The position numbers were made by a program, and so were the translations under genes. Below the pieces are notes generated by a model that was given only the letters and a program-made list of their open reading frames with translations, was not told where the DNA came from and searched no databases. From the NCBI GenBank assembly GCA_035285025.1, contig JAYKHY010000039.1:21018-85017 (forward strand): DNA of 64,000 bases, written 5' to 3'. Below are positions 30,769 through 40,220 of the stretch, piece by piece (position 1 is the first letter of the stretch; each line of letters begins with the position of its first letter). The stretch is from Vampirovibrionales bacterium (GTDB lineage: Bacteria; Cyanobacteriota; Vampirovibrionia; Vampirovibrionales; JAJTHC01).

Positions 30769-30978
30769 ATCCCTCGCGCTAACCGTCCATATCCCGACGC
30801 TTACCTTAACTTTGTCTGATTATCAACTTTGTCTGATTATCCCGATATTCTCTCAGCTCTCTCCAAGTGTGCCTGTTTCCTCGGGATTGTCAGGGCTTAC
30901 CTCTTGTAAAGTAACCAGTTTGTTACATCTCTAAACTTGCGAAACCTCAACAAGCACCCAGCATCGAGATTTACGCGC

Positions 30979-31009
30979 AAAAAAGGCTCTGATAATCAGA
31001 ATCAGAGCC
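30979..31009 (-). terminator. Rho-independent terminator on the minus strand (GGCTCTGAT-TCTGATT-ATCAGAGCC followed by a U6 run)
   Basis: Perfect 9-bp stem read on the reverse complement, followed by TTTTTT. It lies 165 bp downstream of the small minus-strand ORF 31175-31360. Confidence 0.55.
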
Positions 31010-31174
31010 CGATTAAGTTTTTGGCGAGTATCCCGTTAAGACAAGTGAAGCGAATATTAGTCCATACAATCAACGGTCTGGGGCTCTTCACTTGTCGTCG
31101 TGGTATGGACGCGATGTCTTTCAGCACTGACGGCTGAAAAAACGCAAAAAGTAATTTCGCGCCCAACTTGAGCC

Positions 31175-31360
31175 TTAAATGCCCAAACCGACGCGGCGTT
31201 TATCTTCAACTGGCAGCATGTCGTCAATGGTCTGGTAAACCTGCTTCAGTAACGAGCACACATCGGTGGGCGTTAAAGGCTGATTGTGGTTTTTGACGTA
31301 ACTGGCCACGATGTCTTTGGCAGCAGCTAATTTGACTTCTTTGGAAATACGCTCGTCCAT
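31175..31360 (-). CDS. Small hypothetical protein (61 aa)
   Basis: ORF with GAGAGG about 10 nt upstream of the ATG and no recognised domain. A structured region and a terminator follow on the same strand. Confidence 0.3.
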   Translation of the reverse strand: MDERISKEVKLAAAKDIVASYVKNHNQPLTPTDVCSLLKQVYQTIDDMLPVEDKRRVGLGI

Positions 31361-31613
31361 AACGTTAAACCTCTCTAAACAAACACGATTGAATAAAACC
31401 GAAACCTAAAAATCAGCAATGATTGGAATCTTACACCAGGGCCATGGCGCGCAGTGATGCCAGACTGCTTATAAAAAAATTTCTGAATTGCTAAATAAAC
31501 CCTGAAACATCAACTGCCTTTGGTTTAAAATTTACAGCAAACACAGCCGCGTTGCATAAAGCGCACGATATTCGTTTTTTTAATCACTCGGTCGAACAGG
31601 AACCGCACGTTTT

Positions 31614-32621
31614 ATGGAATCTTTAATGACCCTCTCCTCCGCGGGCCCTTTGGGCAAAATGACGGATGGCTTTGATTTTCAGAAGTTGGTGAGCCTGAAA
31701 GGCCGCGACTTTTTAACGATTATGGATTTAACCCCCGAAGAAGGCGCAACGCTGATTGGCTTTGCCCGCCAGCTTAAAATGCTCAAGCGCGGCCGCGTAC
31801 CGCACCGTTTTTTAAATGGCAAAAGCGTGGCCATGTACTTCGAGAAACCCAGCAACCGAACCCGCGTAAGCTTTGAGGTTGGCATTTATGATTTGGGTGC
31901 CCACCCGGTTTATTTACGCAAAGAAGAAATCAACCTGGGCGTGCGCGAAACCATCGCCGACACCGCCCGCACCCTCAGCCGCTACGTAGACGCGATCATG
32001 ATCCGCACGTTTAAGCACGCCGACGTCGAAGAACTCGCAGAATGGGCTACCGTGCCGGTTGTTAACGGCCTGACGGATGATCATCACCCGTGCCAGGTGC
32101 TGGCCGATTTGCAAACAATTCACGAGCATTTAGGCAGTTTTAAAGGGCAAAAACTGGTGTTTACCGGCGATGGCTGTAACAACATGAGCCACAGCCTAAT
32201 GGAAGGCGCTGTACTGATGGGCATGGATTTTGCCGTCGCTTGCCCGCCCGGCCACGAGCCCGCGCCCGCCGTGCTGGCCCGCGCCCAAAAAATGGCCGAA
32301 TACACCGGCAGCCGCATCGAGGTAACCAATCAAATGAGCGAGGCGCTCAAAGGCGCCACCGTGCTTTACGCCGATGTTTGGGCCAGCATGGGCCAAGAGG
32401 CCGAAGCCGAAGCGCGCAAAGCCCTGATGATGCCGTATCAAATCAACGCCGAGGCCATGGCGCAAGCCGACCCCAAAGCCATTGTGCTGCACTGCCTGCC
32501 CGCGCACCGCGGCGAAGAAATTACGCACGACGTGCTGGAGCGCTTTGCGCAGGTGATTTTTGACGAAGCCGAAAACCGCCTCCACGCGCAAAAAGCCCTG
32601 CTTGCGGCAGTTATGGCGTAA
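31614..32621 (+). CDS. argF: Ornithine carbamoyltransferase family (OTCase fold)
   Basis: 335 aa. Carbamoyl-phosphate site SNRTR (STRTR-like), HPCQ, DVWASMGQE and HCLPAHRGEE blocks are typical of OTCase rather than ATCase (HPTQ). Confidence 0.7.
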   Translation: MESLMTLSSAGPLGKMTDGFDFQKLVSLKGRDFLTIMDLTPEEGATLIGFARQLKMLKRGRVPHRFLNGKSVAMYFEKPSNRTRVSFEVGIYDLGAHPVYLRKEEINLGVRETIADTARTLSRYVDAIMIRTFKHADVEELAEWATVPVVNGLTDDHHPCQVLADLQTIHEHLGSFKGQKLVFTGDGCNNMSHSLMEGAVLMGMDFAVACPPGHEPAPAVLARAQKMAEYTGSRIEVTNQMSEALKGATVLYADVWASMGQEAEAEARKALMMPYQINAEAMAQADPKAIVLHCLPAHRGEEITHDVLERFAQVIFDEAENRLHAQKALLAAVMA

Positions 32622-32624
32622 ACA

Positions 32625-33662
32625 ATGCCCCTCACAAAATCCTATTTAGATAAAATGGGCGAGCAACTACGCCGTGGCCCAAGCTCGCCCAATTTTGAAG
32701 AGGCCTACGAACAGCTCAAGCTATACCGACAAGCTTTTGCCACCCCGATGACTCGTGTAAACAATCGCGCTAGAGATATTATCAAACAATATAGATTGTC
32801 AAGTACCAATGCACCTGCCATTGTGGCTCAACGGCATAAACGTCTGCAATCTATTGTTTTTAAACTAAATCGTTTTGAAACCACTAACCTAAGCCAGATG
32901 CAGGATATAGGCGGAGTCAGGGTTGTTTTGCCCAATTTGTTTAAAGTACGACTATTTGAACACTACTTCCCTGGGCGGTCGGTGATTGAAATTAAGCGTA
33001 AGAAAGACTACCTTGCAGAATCCAAAAATGATGGGTACAGAAGCCTTCATTTAATGCTGGAGTATCCTAACAAGCTTGAAACTATATATGCTTCCGAAAC
33101 TGTTTCCATTGAGCTCCAAGTAAGAACCAGACTACAGCATTGCTGGGCGACTGCCGTCGAGATGGCGGGCATGATGAACCTACGCTCTTACAAACAGGGC
33201 GATTGGGATGAAGACTGGCAAAAGTTTTTTTTACTCCTCTCGAGATATTTTTATTATAAAGAGCAAGACTTGGAGATGAAGCCACAAGAATTGCAAGCTT
33301 TAAAAGCAATTACGAACGAACTATCAGTTATTGAGAAGTTGCAGGCAACCAGTGCCATTTATTCGAGAGTAGAAGACATTGTAAACTTTAAGAAAGACGT
33401 CCGCTCTATTGCAAAAACGCCAAAATTATTTGTCCTTGAAATTTCTCACGTTAAAAGAAAACTTAACTTTTACCCATTTGAGGAATTAAGCGATGCCCTT
33501 AAAACTCTGAGCATTTTAGAATTTAAGTATCAAAATGTGAATGAAGGACAAGCTATTTTGGCCGATGTCAATGAAATAAAACTCCTGAAGCAGGCCTACC
33601 CAAACTTTTTTATGGATACAAGTGTGGTTGTCAGAGAACTCAAACAAATTTTAAAAAATTGA
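32625..33662 (+). CDS. RelA/SpoT (alarmone synthetase-fold) nucleotidyltransferase domain protein with a cysteine-free C-terminal extension. It is AT-rich and a candidate toxSAS/CapRel-like protein.
   Basis: 345 aa. RelA_SpoT synthetase motifs DIGGVRVV, GYRSLHL and IELQVRT (EIQIRT-like), then a roughly 135-145 aa C-terminal region with no Cys. The gene is visibly far more AT-rich than argF and trmD on either side. It starts 3 nt after the argF stop. Confidence 0.6.
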   Translation: MPLTKSYLDKMGEQLRRGPSSPNFEEAYEQLKLYRQAFATPMTRVNNRARDIIKQYRLSSTNAPAIVAQRHKRLQSIVFKLNRFETTNLSQMQDIGGVRVVLPNLFKVRLFEHYFPGRSVIEIKRKKDYLAESKNDGYRSLHLMLEYPNKLETIYASETVSIELQVRTRLQHCWATAVEMAGMMNLRSYKQGDWDEDWQKFFLLLSRYFYYKEQDLEMKPQELQALKAITNELSVIEKLQATSAIYSRVEDIVNFKKDVRSIAKTPKLFVLEISHVKRKLNFYPFEELSDALKTLSILEFKYQNVNEGQAILADVNEIKLLKQAYPNFFMDTSVVVRELKQILKN

Positions 33663-33674
33663 TAATTAGTCCTT

Positions 33675-34370
33675 ATGCAATTCACTCTTTTATCGTTGTT
33701 CCCCGAGGTCATCTGGCCGTATTTAAACGCAAGTATTCTGGGGCGCGGCCAACAAGCCGGATTACTGACGGTTAACGTCGTTAATCCACGCACGTTTGCA
33801 GACCCGCCCCATTTTAAAGTCGATAACGCGCCCTACGGCGGCGGCGACGGCATGGTGCTCTCTTGCGCGCCGTGGCATAAGGCGGTTGCCAGTTTGCTCC
33901 CACCAGACGCCTCGTGTTTTGGCGACGATACACTCATTTTACTGACCAATCCGGCGGGCGAGCTATACACGCAGGCGCACGCGCGGCGTTACGCCCATCA
34001 AGCCAAGCATCTCATTTTGCTGTGCGGCCATTACGAAGGCTTTGATGAACGCCTGAAGCCGGTGCTGGCAGCTTACGGCGCGCCAGTGCTTGAGCTTAGC
34101 GTGGGCGAATACGTCCTGACCGGGGGCGAACTACCCGCTTTAAGCATAGTTGATTCGGTTGCCAGGCTGGTGCCGGGCGTGGTTCAGAAAGCTGGCTCGG
34201 TTGAGAACGATTCGTTTGGCGAATCCGGCCTGCTGGATTACCCGTGTTACACGCGCCCAGCCACATACGAGGGCTTACCTGTGCCCGAAGTGTTACTGTC
34301 GGGCAATCATTCGGCCATTGCGCAATGGCGCTTGCAGCAATCCAATGCGCGCTCCCAAAACAGACTTTAG
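33675..34370 (+). CDS. trmD: tRNA (guanine37-N1)-methyltransferase
   Basis: 231 aa. TrmD blocks: LSLFPEV, NAPYGGGDGMVL, CGHYEGFDERL and LTGGELPALSIVDSVARLVPGV. Confidence 0.85.
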   Translation: MQFTLLSLFPEVIWPYLNASILGRGQQAGLLTVNVVNPRTFADPPHFKVDNAPYGGGDGMVLSCAPWHKAVASLLPPDASCFGDDTLILLTNPAGELYTQAHARRYAHQAKHLILLCGHYEGFDERLKPVLAAYGAPVLELSVGEYVLTGGELPALSIVDSVARLVPGVVQKAGSVENDSFGESGLLDYPCYTRPATYEGLPVPEVLLSGNHSAIAQWRLQQSNARSQNRL

Positions 34371-34384
34371 GCAGCTAAACAGGC

Positions 34385-35425
34385 CTATAGCCAGCGCCGC
34401 CGCTTGAACAACAGCAACATGCTCAGGGCCAGCGCCAGCATCACGCCCAGAATCATCCAAAAGCCAAACGGGTGATTCAGCAGCGGCATGTGCTTAAAAT
34501 TCATGCCATATAAACCCGTCACCACGTTCAAGGGGAGTAGCATTGTAGTAAGCATCGTTAAAAACAGCACAATCTGGTTGACTTTGGTGCCGTTAAGCGA
34601 CAGCTGAATCGTAAGCGCCTCGCGCAGGTTTTGTTGATACTGATCCGACAACTCGACCATCCGCAGCAGGTGATCGTAAACATCTTTAAAATAGCGCGCC
34701 TGTTGCTCGTCAATAAACTCCAGGCTGGCGTGGCTTAGTTGGTAAAACACCTGCTGGTTTCGCACCGAAATGCGCCGCAAGAGCTGGAGCTGACGCGTCA
34801 TTTTCAAGTACGCGGCCGCTGCGTGGCGCTTCAGGTTACTGGCAAATAACTGCTGTTGCAGCCCGTCCAGCCGATCTTCAAAATAATCTAGTACGGGCGC
34901 TTGTAAGTCCACAAATCGATCCAGAATCTCGTAGGCTAACGTGGCCACGCCCTGCCGAATTTGACTATTACGGTTAGCGACGTGCTTGAGGGTTACATTT
35001 ACGGCCTCGGCGGGGTGCCGATGATGGGTGACTAAAAACCGCTCGCCAATGTAGCAGTTAAGTTGTACCACCTCGAGCTTTTGGGGTACCACGCCGTCGG
35101 CCTCGTCGGTGTTAGGCTCTGGGCCCGCAAAAGGCTCGTCTAGCATTTGCTCGGCCCTGCGCAAGGCTTTAACCAGCACAAAATGGTACGCTTCGAATGT
35201 TTCGACCTTAGGGAGTTGGCGCGGGCTCAGGCAGTCTTCAAGGGTTAGCGGGTCTAACTCAAGCGCTTCGCCAATGGTCTGAAGTTCGGCAGGGTCATCG
35301 GTTTGGCAATCGATCCAAAGGTGCGTATGCGCGTCGGCTAAAAGGGCAGGCAGCGCCGCTAGCCCCGCAGGCGTGCTGTAGGTTTGCGTTTGGGTGTTAT
35401 ACGCGTGAATTTGGAGCAAGAACAA
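34385..35425 (-). CDS. corA: Magnesium/cobalt transporter CorA
   Basis: 346 aa. Two C-terminal TM helices carry the signature YGMNF (GMN motif). The first start in the stop-to-stop frame is TTG, so the true start is uncertain. Confidence 0.85.
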   Translation of the reverse strand: MFLLQIHAYNTQTQTYSTPAGLAALPALLADAHTHLWIDCQTDDPAELQTIGEALELDPLTLEDCLSPRQLPKVETFEAYHFVLVKALRRAEQMLDEPFAGPEPNTDEADGVVPQKLEVVQLNCYIGERFLVTHHRHPAEAVNVTLKHVANRNSQIRQGVATLAYEILDRFVDLQAPVLDYFEDRLDGLQQQLFASNLKRHAAAAYLKMTRQLQLLRRISVRNQQVFYQLSHASLEFIDEQQARYFKDVYDHLLRMVELSDQYQQNLREALTIQLSLNGTKVNQIVLFLTMLTTMLLPLNVVTGLYGMNFKHMPLLNHPFGFWMILGVMLALALSMLLLFKRRRWL

Positions 35426-35992
35426 TTATCTTTCAGAAGATTTACCCATAATTTTTTGACACGAATCATTCACGTGAAGATTCTCTAGTTTCCATTGAAA
35501 GTCTATCCACTGGAAAACCAATTCTATACCATCAAGCTTTGCTTTCATTTGATTAAGTGAAGTAAAAGAAAGCCGCTTTGCCATAACTACAAAGTCGGGA
35601 TGCTTTTGGGTAGTGCTTTCTTTTGTGTTTTGAGAAGAGAGCTGGTTTGAGTGTTCTCTTATCGCAAATTGAAGTCCTTCAGGGCTAACATAAGAATCAA
35701 CAAGTGAATTTAACATATTTTGCATTAAAGGCATGAACATTAATGCAAAAGGATTATCTTTGATGTCTGGATCGTTGTTATAACTTTCCATAATACAATT
35801 TGTCATCTTTGACTTTAAAGATTTTCTAATTTTTTCAAAATTAATGCGTTCATCGTCAGCGCTCAACTTTTGTTGATAAATGTCTTGGAACAGAAAATAA
35901 ACTGATGTATAAGCATGACCAAAATAAAGGCCTATCAAAATAAAACCAATAAGGAACAAGTTTAATGGTTTGAAGATGGCTTTTACTTTCAT
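35426..35992 (-). CDS. AT-rich hypothetical membrane-anchored protein
   Basis: 188 aa with an N-terminal TM helix (LNLFLIGFILIGLYFGHAY), AAGGG about 10 nt upstream, and no recognised domain. The gene is strikingly AT-rich. Its stop codon directly abuts the corA start. Confidence 0.4.
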   Translation of the reverse strand: MKVKAIFKPLNLFLIGFILIGLYFGHAYTSVYFLFQDIYQQKLSADDERINFEKIRKSLKSKMTNCIMESYNNDPDIKDNPFALMFMPLMQNMLNSLVDSYVSPEGLQFAIREHSNQLSSQNTKESTTQKHPDFVVMAKRLSFTSLNQMKAKLDGIELVFQWIDFQWKLENLHVNDSCQKIMGKSSER

Positions 35993-36043
35993 CTTACGAG
36001 ACCCTTCATATGTATTTTAATAGCTTAAATTGCCCGTAAACCT

Positions 36044-37642
36044 TTATTTAGTAGCATTTATTAACCTTACCGCGTAAATCCCCACGCCGATGGCAAACCA
36101 CGCCAGCGTCAGCACCCAGCACAGCGCGCCCAACCCGGCAGACATCACCGCGCAACCCAGAATCCCCAACCACGGAATCACCGGGCCAAACGGCACCGTA
36201 AACGGCCTGTGCCGGCTTGGCTGCGTCTTGCGTAAAATCAGCACCGCCGCGCACACAACGGCATAAATCGCAAGCGTACCCAGATTACACATTTCGGCCA
36301 ACAGGTTAATCGGCAACAGCGCGCCACCTACGGCCACCAGCACGCCCGCGGCAATTGTGGCCACGTGCGGCGTTGCAAATTTAGGGTGAATTTTGGCCCA
36401 GCTTTTCGGGAAAAACCCGTCGCGCGCCACAGCGTAAAACACGCGCACCGTCCCAAGCTGAAACACCAGTAAAACCGACGTGAGCGCCACCAGCGTCCCC
36501 AGACCAATCACCCACACCGCCCACGGATACCCCAACGCTTGCAACGTGCCCATGACCGGGGCCGACACGTTAATCTGGTTCAAGGGCGTAATCGCGGTGA
36601 CGGCAATCGCCACCAAGCAGTATAAAACGGTACACACCGCAAGCGCGCCCGCAATGCCAATCGGCAAATCGCGCTGGGGGTTCTTGCTTTCTTCCGCCAC
36701 GGTCGAAACGGCATCAAAACCAATGTAGGCAAAAAAGATCAGCGCGGCCCCGCCCAGTATGCCTTTAAAACCACCGGGGGCAAACGTTTGCCAACCGCCC
36801 GAAAACCAGTTTTGCGCCCAGACGTCCATATGGCCGTTAAACAGGTAATACAACCCCACGGCGGCAAACAGCAGAATCACGCCCGCTTTGGTCAGCACCA
36901 TAGCAGTGGCCATGCGCGCGGATTCCGAAATGCCCAGCACCAACAACCACGTTGCGGCAATCATAATCAGAATGCCCGGCAGGTTAAATCCGGCTTGTAC
37001 CAGCAAGTAATACTGCTGCGCCACAAACGGCAGCTTGAACGGCAAGACGTTCAGCACACCGCTAGCAGGCACGTCTGACAGCGCAGATACGGTATCGAGC
37101 GTGTTGCGCGTCATCCAGTCGGGCAAGGCAATGTTGAAGGTTTGCTGCAGAAACGCCTTGAGCGTACCCGTCCAGCCGACCACCACCGCCATGTTGCCCA
37201 CGGCGTATTCCAGCACCAACGCCCAGGCCACCAGCCATGCCGGAAGTTCGCCCATAGTAGCCAGCGCGTAACTGAACGACGAGCCCGACAACGGCAACAT
37301 CGCCGCCAGTTCTGCAAAACACAGCGCGCAAAACCCGCTAATAATAGCCGTCATCACAAACGAGAGCAAAATGGCTGGGCCTGCACCAACTTGCGTGGCA
37401 CTACCCACGGCGGCTGCCCCGGTAATCACAAACACGCCCGCGCCAATCATGGCACCAATGCCAAAAATCACCAGATCAAACGCGCCCAGGCTTCGTTTTA
37501 ACGCAGGTTGCTGCGCGCTCGCAGATTCATTGGCGGCCTGTTCCGCCAGCAAGTCTTCAATTGGGCGCGGCTGGAACATGCTTTGCATCAGCGATTTAGA
37601 TCCAGACTCGGCCGCAGGCGGCTTTAAGGTAGGCACCGGCAT
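36044..37642 (-). CDS. APC-family amino acid permease
   Basis: 532 aa with about 12 TM helices. The N-terminal signature LKRSLGAFDLVIFGIGAMIGAGVFV is typical of amino-acid/polyamine/organocation transporters. Confidence 0.8.
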   Translation of the reverse strand: MPVPTLKPPAAESGSKSLMQSMFQPRPIEDLLAEQAANESASAQQPALKRSLGAFDLVIFGIGAMIGAGVFVITGAAAVGSATQVGAGPAILLSFVMTAIISGFCALCFAELAAMLPLSGSSFSYALATMGELPAWLVAWALVLEYAVGNMAVVVGWTGTLKAFLQQTFNIALPDWMTRNTLDTVSALSDVPASGVLNVLPFKLPFVAQQYYLLVQAGFNLPGILIMIAATWLLVLGISESARMATAMVLTKAGVILLFAAVGLYYLFNGHMDVWAQNWFSGGWQTFAPGGFKGILGGAALIFFAYIGFDAVSTVAEESKNPQRDLPIGIAGALAVCTVLYCLVAIAVTAITPLNQINVSAPVMGTLQALGYPWAVWVIGLGTLVALTSVLLVFQLGTVRVFYAVARDGFFPKSWAKIHPKFATPHVATIAAGVLVAVGGALLPINLLAEMCNLGTLAIYAVVCAAVLILRKTQPSRHRPFTVPFGPVIPWLGILGCAVMSAGLGALCWVLTLAWFAIGVGIYAVRLINATK

Positions 37643-37852
37643 TGGTTAAAACTCCCAGCAAACAGTCAACAGTCAAAGGCTCATTTTAGGATGTTTTAAA
37701 AACAAGAAATTTGTAAAACCGGAGCCCCGAGCCTAATGGGATTCATTATGGCCAATCGGTGGCATTTTTAAAACGAACCTGGCGCAAAAAGATCAACTTC
37801 TTAACGCAGACGAATCAGCTGAATTTGCCTGTTAAACATCAAATAACACGGG

Positions 37853-39028
37853 CTAAAGCAGGCCTGTACGAATATAAGTGCGCGGTAATCGTACTCGCAA
37901 GGCGCACATAAGCTCGTAGGCAATCGTGTCGTCATTTAAGGCCTTAAGCCAGGTTTCCAGAGAAGGCTCGCCCATTTCGGGGCGACCCAGCAGCGTGACC
38001 GTATCGCCCAGCTGTACCTGCGGCACGGCAGACACATCCAGCATGAATTGGTCCATGGTAATTAACCCCACCTGCGCAACAGGCATCCCTTGCAACACGG
38101 CGCTTAATTTTCCCGAAAGCCGGCGCGGCAAACCATCTGCATAGCCTAGTGGTAACGTCGCCAATCGGGTTTCCGGCTGCGTGGTGGCGTAAGTATGCCC
38201 GTAACTTACGCCTTCGCCAAATGGTAGCGTTTGCAAGTGCGCCACACGCGCCTTTAGCCCCATAACGGGGCGCAAGGTTTCGCCCGCAGGCGCAGGTCCG
38301 TAGCCAAACAGGGGCAACCCAATCCGAACCATGTTCGTATTCAGCGCATCGTCCATGGCAGCGTTTAAAATCACGCCCGTAGAGTTACTGATATGCCTAA
38401 CCGACGGCAGCGGCAAGCTCATCGCCTGAATTTCGGAGAGTACATGCTGCCAGCGTTCAAGCTGCTGGCGGGTAATGCCAGTGTGTTCGGGCGCGGCCAG
38501 ATGCGTCATTAACCCGATGACCTCGAGCCCGTTTTGTTGGCATGCCTGCGCGTAAAATCTAGCCGCCGCCTGCCACGGAAGACCAATGCGGTGCATGCCG
38601 GTATCAATTTTAAGATGCACCCGCGCAGGTAACATCAAGGTGCCTGCGTTTTGGAAACAATTGGCCAGCGCCTCCAGATGATGCGCATCAAAAATCGTCA
38701 GCTGGATCTGTTGCCGGATTGCCAAATCCATGGCCCAATCTGGCGTGGGGCCCAGCACAAGCAGCGGCGCATTACTGTTGGCTTCCCTAATTTGCAGCGC
38801 TTCATCGGCCGAGGCCACCCCAAACTGCGTAAACCCCGCCGATAAAAGCGTCGGCAAGGTCATCACCGCCCCGTGGCCGTAAGCATCCGCCTTAATAACC
38901 GCCATGGCGGCGTGTTGTTGCGGAATCACGCGCCGGATGCATCGCGCGTTTTGCTCCAGCGCATCCAAATCGACGGTCAACCAGGCATCACGGCGCGTTG
39001 GATGCGGCAAGTTTCGAGAGAGTTTCAT
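37853..39028 (-). CDS. alr: Alanine racemase
   Basis: PLP-lysine motif AVIKADAYGHGA (V[IV]KAxAYGHG) and the C-terminal VSMDQ-like ITMDQFMLDV. ATG at 39028 (MKLSRN...). Confidence 0.8.
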   Translation of the reverse strand: MKLSRNLPHPTRRDAWLTVDLDALEQNARCIRRVIPQQHAAMAVIKADAYGHGAVMTLPTLLSAGFTQFGVASADEALQIREANSNAPLLVLGPTPDWAMDLAIRQQIQLTIFDAHHLEALANCFQNAGTLMLPARVHLKIDTGMHRIGLPWQAAARFYAQACQQNGLEVIGLMTHLAAPEHTGITRQQLERWQHVLSEIQAMSLPLPSVRHISNSTGVILNAAMDDALNTNMVRIGLPLFGYGPAPAGETLRPVMGLKARVAHLQTLPFGEGVSYGHTYATTQPETRLATLPLGYADGLPRRLSGKLSAVLQGMPVAQVGLITMDQFMLDVSAVPQVQLGDTVTLLGRPEMGEPSLETWLKALNDDTIAYELMCALRVRLPRTYIRTGLL

Positions 39029-39059
39029 AGCCTGTGTTAATGCTACGATAAAGCACGCT

Positions 39060-40220
39060 ATGCCACTAGACCCCAACTTAGAACAACGCCTGTCGCAGTC
39101 GCTGAACGTGCTACAGTTTCATCGAGAAACGCCCGATGCGCCGGATGCGCCTGATGCATCAAAAGCATCCGGCCTTGCTGCAACTAACAGCAGAGATGCA
39201 CCTACTGCCGCGCACGCACCATTTAATCCGCCCAACGTTGCTGTAGTGGGCTGCGGGCGCTGGGGCAAAAACCTGATTCGGAACTTTGAGAGCCTGGGTG
39301 CGCTCGCCGCCGTGGTAGACGCGCAGCCCGAAAATATTCGAGCCGCATATGATCTTTCAGAGCGAGTCCTGACAGCGCAAGCCGGATTCCCCTCGCTCGA
39401 TGCGCTATTAGCCTCAGATATCGGCAAAACACTTTCGGGCGTTGCCATCGCAACCCCTACACAAACGCACTTCAAGCTTGCGCATCAAGCGCTAGAAGCG
39501 GGCCTGAACGTCTACGTCGAAAAACCCATGGCCACCACCACCGAAGACGTGCAGACGCTCCAGAAACTGGCCCAGCTGCAAAATAAACAGCTTATGGTCG
39601 GCCACCTGCTGCTGTATCATCCGGCCGTGAGGCGCCTGAGGCAACTTATAGTCGATGAACAAGCCCTGGGCCCTGTTTTACACATCGAAAGCACCCGCCT
39701 TAACACCAATGCGTTTCGCCCCGACGAGAGCGTCATCTGGGATCTAGCCCCGCACGATCTCTCGATGATGGCCTACGTCCTGAACGCGACGCCCGCCGCC
39801 TTAACGCACGTTCGGGTCGAGCGCACGCAGGCCAATCTGCCCCAGGGCGATACCAAACCCGATATCGCGTGGCTCGATGTCGCATTCCAGACCGCAAACG
39901 GCCAGCGCATTAACGGCCATGCGCACGTAAGTTGGGCGCACCCCAAAAAGCATGTTCAACTGGTCGTCCGGGGAGAACACCGCACCGCTGTGCTCGATGA
40001 CACGCAAATCGAGGGCAAGCTGCAAGTGTTTAATAACGCCAAACCGCACCAACCCGACTGGCAAGAAGCTATTGAATACCTGGCCATTGAGCCCCTGCGG
40101 CTAGAATGCCAGCATTACCTAAACGTAATGAGCCATGCCAGCAAAATCCAACCCCTGACTGGCGCAGACCACGCGTTACCCATCGTCGCGATTTTACAAG
40201 AGGCCCATGCTCGCATATGA
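39060..40220 (+). CDS. Gfo/Idh/MocA-family NAD(P)-dependent oxidoreductase
   Basis: Start MPLDPN at 39060. Rossmann motif VAVVGCGRWGKN, EKP motif VYVEKPMA, and a C-terminal alpha/beta dimerisation domain. It is divergent from alr. Confidence 0.7.
   Translation: MPLDPNLEQRLSQSLNVLQFHRETPDAPDAPDASKASGLAATNSRDAPTAAHAPFNPPNVAVVGCGRWGKNLIRNFESLGALAAVVDAQPENIRAAYDLSERVLTAQAGFPSLDALLASDIGKTLSGVAIATPTQTHFKLAHQALEAGLNVYVEKPMATTTEDVQTLQKLAQLQNKQLMVGHLLLYHPAVRRLRQLIVDEQALGPVLHIESTRLNTNAFRPDESVIWDLAPHDLSMMAYVLNATPAALTHVRVERTQANLPQGDTKPDIAWLDVAFQTANGQRINGHAHVSWAHPKKHVQLVVRGEHRTAVLDDTQIEGKLQVFNNAKPHQPDWQEAIEYLAIEPLRLECQHYLNVMSHASKIQPLTGADHALPIVAILQEAHARI

Noticed and set aside
39119-39475. 118-aa minus-strand ORF overlapping the start of the Gfo/Idh/MocA oxidoreductase
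   Set aside because: It overlaps the Rossmann-fold N-terminus of a recognisable gene. It has no RBS and no motif.
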